DNA of 800 nucleotides from Escherichia coli (GTDB lineage Bacteria; Pseudomonadota; Gammaproteobacteria; Enterobacterales; Enterobacteriaceae): NCBI RefSeq assembly GCF_003334785.1, contig NZ_QOWV01000073.1; one strand, 5' to 3'. Shown piece by piece: positions 1 to 800 of this stretch (position 1 is its first letter; each line of letters starts with the position of its first letter). The notes under the pieces were generated by a model. It saw only the letters and a program-made list of their open reading frames with translations, ran no database searches and was not told where the DNA came from. The position numbers and the translations under genes were made by a program.

Positions 1-800
1 CTGCTCGGTGCAAAGGTCCTTCCCGGTGAAACCGACATCGCCCTGCCCGGCCCGCTGCCGTTCATCCTCTCCCGCACCTACAGCAGTTACCGGACAAAAA
101 CGCCCGCGCCGGTGGGGAGCCTCGGCCCCGGCTGGAAAATGCCTGCGGATATCCGCTTACAGCTGCGCGATAACACACTGATACTCAGTGATAACGGCGG
201 CAGAAGCCTGTATTTTGAGCACCTGTTTCCCGGTGAGGACGGTTACAGCCGCAGCGAGTCACTGTGGCTGGTGCGCGGCGGCGTGGCGAAACTGGATGAA
301 GGTCACCGGCTGGCCGCACTCTGGCAGGCGCTGCCGGAAGAACTCCGCTTAAGTCCGCATCGTTATCTGGCGACAAACAGTCCGCAGGGGCCGTGGTGGC
401 TGCTCGGTTGGTGTGAGCGGGTGCCGGAAGCGGATGAGGTGCTGCCTGCGCCGCTGCCGCCGTACCGGGTACTGACCGGGCTGGTGGACCGCTTCGGGCG
501 CACACAGACGTTCCACCGCGAAGCCGCCGGTGAATTCAGCGGCGAAATCACCGGCGTGACGGATGGTGCCTGGCGTCACTTCCGGCTGGTACTGACCACG
601 CAGGCGCAGCGGGCAGAAGAAGCCCGGCAGCAGGCCATTTCCGGCGGGACGGAACCGTCCGCTTTTCCTGATACCCTGCCGGGTTACACCGAATATGGCC
701 GGGACAACGGCATCCGTCTGTCTGCCGTGTGGCTGACGCACGACCCGGAATACCCGGAGAATTTACCTGCCGCGCCGCTGGTGCGCTATGGCTGGACGCC
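1..800 (+). CDS. Rhs-family polymorphic toxin core protein (YD-repeat protein), internal fragment of the N-terminal conserved region; partial at both ends
   Basis: Seen in sequence: frame +1 is open for all 266 codons (1..798, plus 2 nt), checked codon by codon; codons are GC3-rich (ctg, ccg, ggc, cgc dominate). Translation: LLGAKVLPGETDIALPGPLPFILSRTYSSYRTKTPAPVGSLGPGWKMPADIRLQLRDNTLILSDNGGRSLYFEHLFPGEDGYSRSESLWLVRGGVAKLDEGHRLAALWQALPEELRLSPHRYLATNSPQGPWWLLGWCERVPEADEVLPAPLPPYRVLTGLVDRFGRTQTFHREAAGEFSGEITGVTDGAWRHFRLVLTTQAQRAEEARQQAISGGTEPSAFPDTLPGYTEYGRDNGIRLSAVWLTHDPEYPENLPAAPLVRYGWT. Established knowledge, recalled from memory and not searched: blocks such as GETDIALPGPLPFILSRTYSSY, GPGW, RSESLWLVRGG, LATNS.QGPWW.LGW, VLPAPLPPYRVLTG, GEITGVTDGA, FRLVLTTQAQRAEEAR, AFPDTLPG, GIRLSAVWL.HDP.YPE.LPAAPLVRY match the N-terminal region of E. 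coli-type Rhs core proteins (RhsA/B/C-like). The ATG at 139..141 is an internal Met codon, not a start; the true start and stop are outside the window. Confidence 0.9.
   Translation, partial: MLGAKVLPGETDIALPGPLPFILSRTYSSYRTKTPAPVGSLGPGWKMPADIRLQLRDNTLILSDNGGRSLYFEHLFPGEDGYSRSESLWLVRGGVAKLDEGHRLAALWQALPEELRLSPHRYLATNSPQGPWWLLGWCERVPEADEVLPAPLPPYRVLTGLVDRFGRTQTFHREAAGEFSGEITGVTDGAWRHFRLVLTTQAQRAEEARQQAISGGTEPSAFPDTLPGYTEYGRDNGIRLSAVWLTHDPEYPENLPAAPLVRYGWT

Noticed and set aside
139-141. ATG in frame +1 as a possible start codon
   Set aside because: The frame is open and Rhs-homologous upstream of it back to position 1, and there is no convincing Shine-Dalgarno sequence just upstream. It is an internal methionine (GPGWKMPAD).
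185-505. Minus-strand ORF of 106 aa from the six-frame track
   Set aside because: It lies entirely antisense to the well-supported Rhs CDS. Its product is low-complexity and Ala/Pro/Arg-rich (PAAPARVRPAGD...), as expected from reading a GC-rich gene in the wrong frame, and it has no recognisable motifs. Spurious.
363-551. Minus-strand ORF of 62 aa from the six-frame track
   Set aside because: Short, Ser/Pro/Gly-rich, nested within the other antisense ORFs and opposite a conserved coding region. An artefact.
468-597. Exact 10-bp direct repeat GGTACTGACC at 468..477 and 588..597, and the 9-mer TGCCGGAAG at 332..340 and 422..430
   Set aside because: Both copies of each are in the same coding phase and encode short recurring peptides (V-L-T; P-E). 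They are too short and isolated to be a repeat element, att site or regulatory motif, and fit chance recurrence under biased codon usage.
349-741. Minus-strand ORF of 130 aa from the six-frame track
   Set aside because: Antisense to the Rhs core and overlapping the other two minus-strand ORFs. Arg/Pro/Gly-rich with no recognisable domain. Long antisense ORFs are common in high-GC coding DNA because stop codons are AT-rich. Not a gene.
1-800. Search for promoters, terminators, CRISPR repeats, tRNA/ncRNA or insertion-sequence ends
   Set aside because: The window is continuous coding sequence with no AT-rich intergenic stretch, no hairpin plus U-tract, no regularly spaced repeats and no inverted terminal repeats. 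Nothing supports such features.

Overview
The whole 800-nt window is an internal fragment of one protein-coding gene on the + strand, in frame 1 (266 sense codons, no stop, open at both ends). I read the translation directly from the sequence and recognise it as the conserved N-terminal part of an enterobacterial-type Rhs (rearrangement hotspot / YD-repeat) polymorphic-toxin core protein. No RNA gene, CRISPR array, mobile-element end, promoter or terminator is visible; the three minus-strand ORFs in the supplied track are antisense artefacts of this GC-rich gene. The window itself is the conserved delivery scaffold, not a novel system. Any novel element (variable C-terminal toxin domain and its immunity gene) would lie downstream, outside the window, so nothing here supports a claim of a new system.
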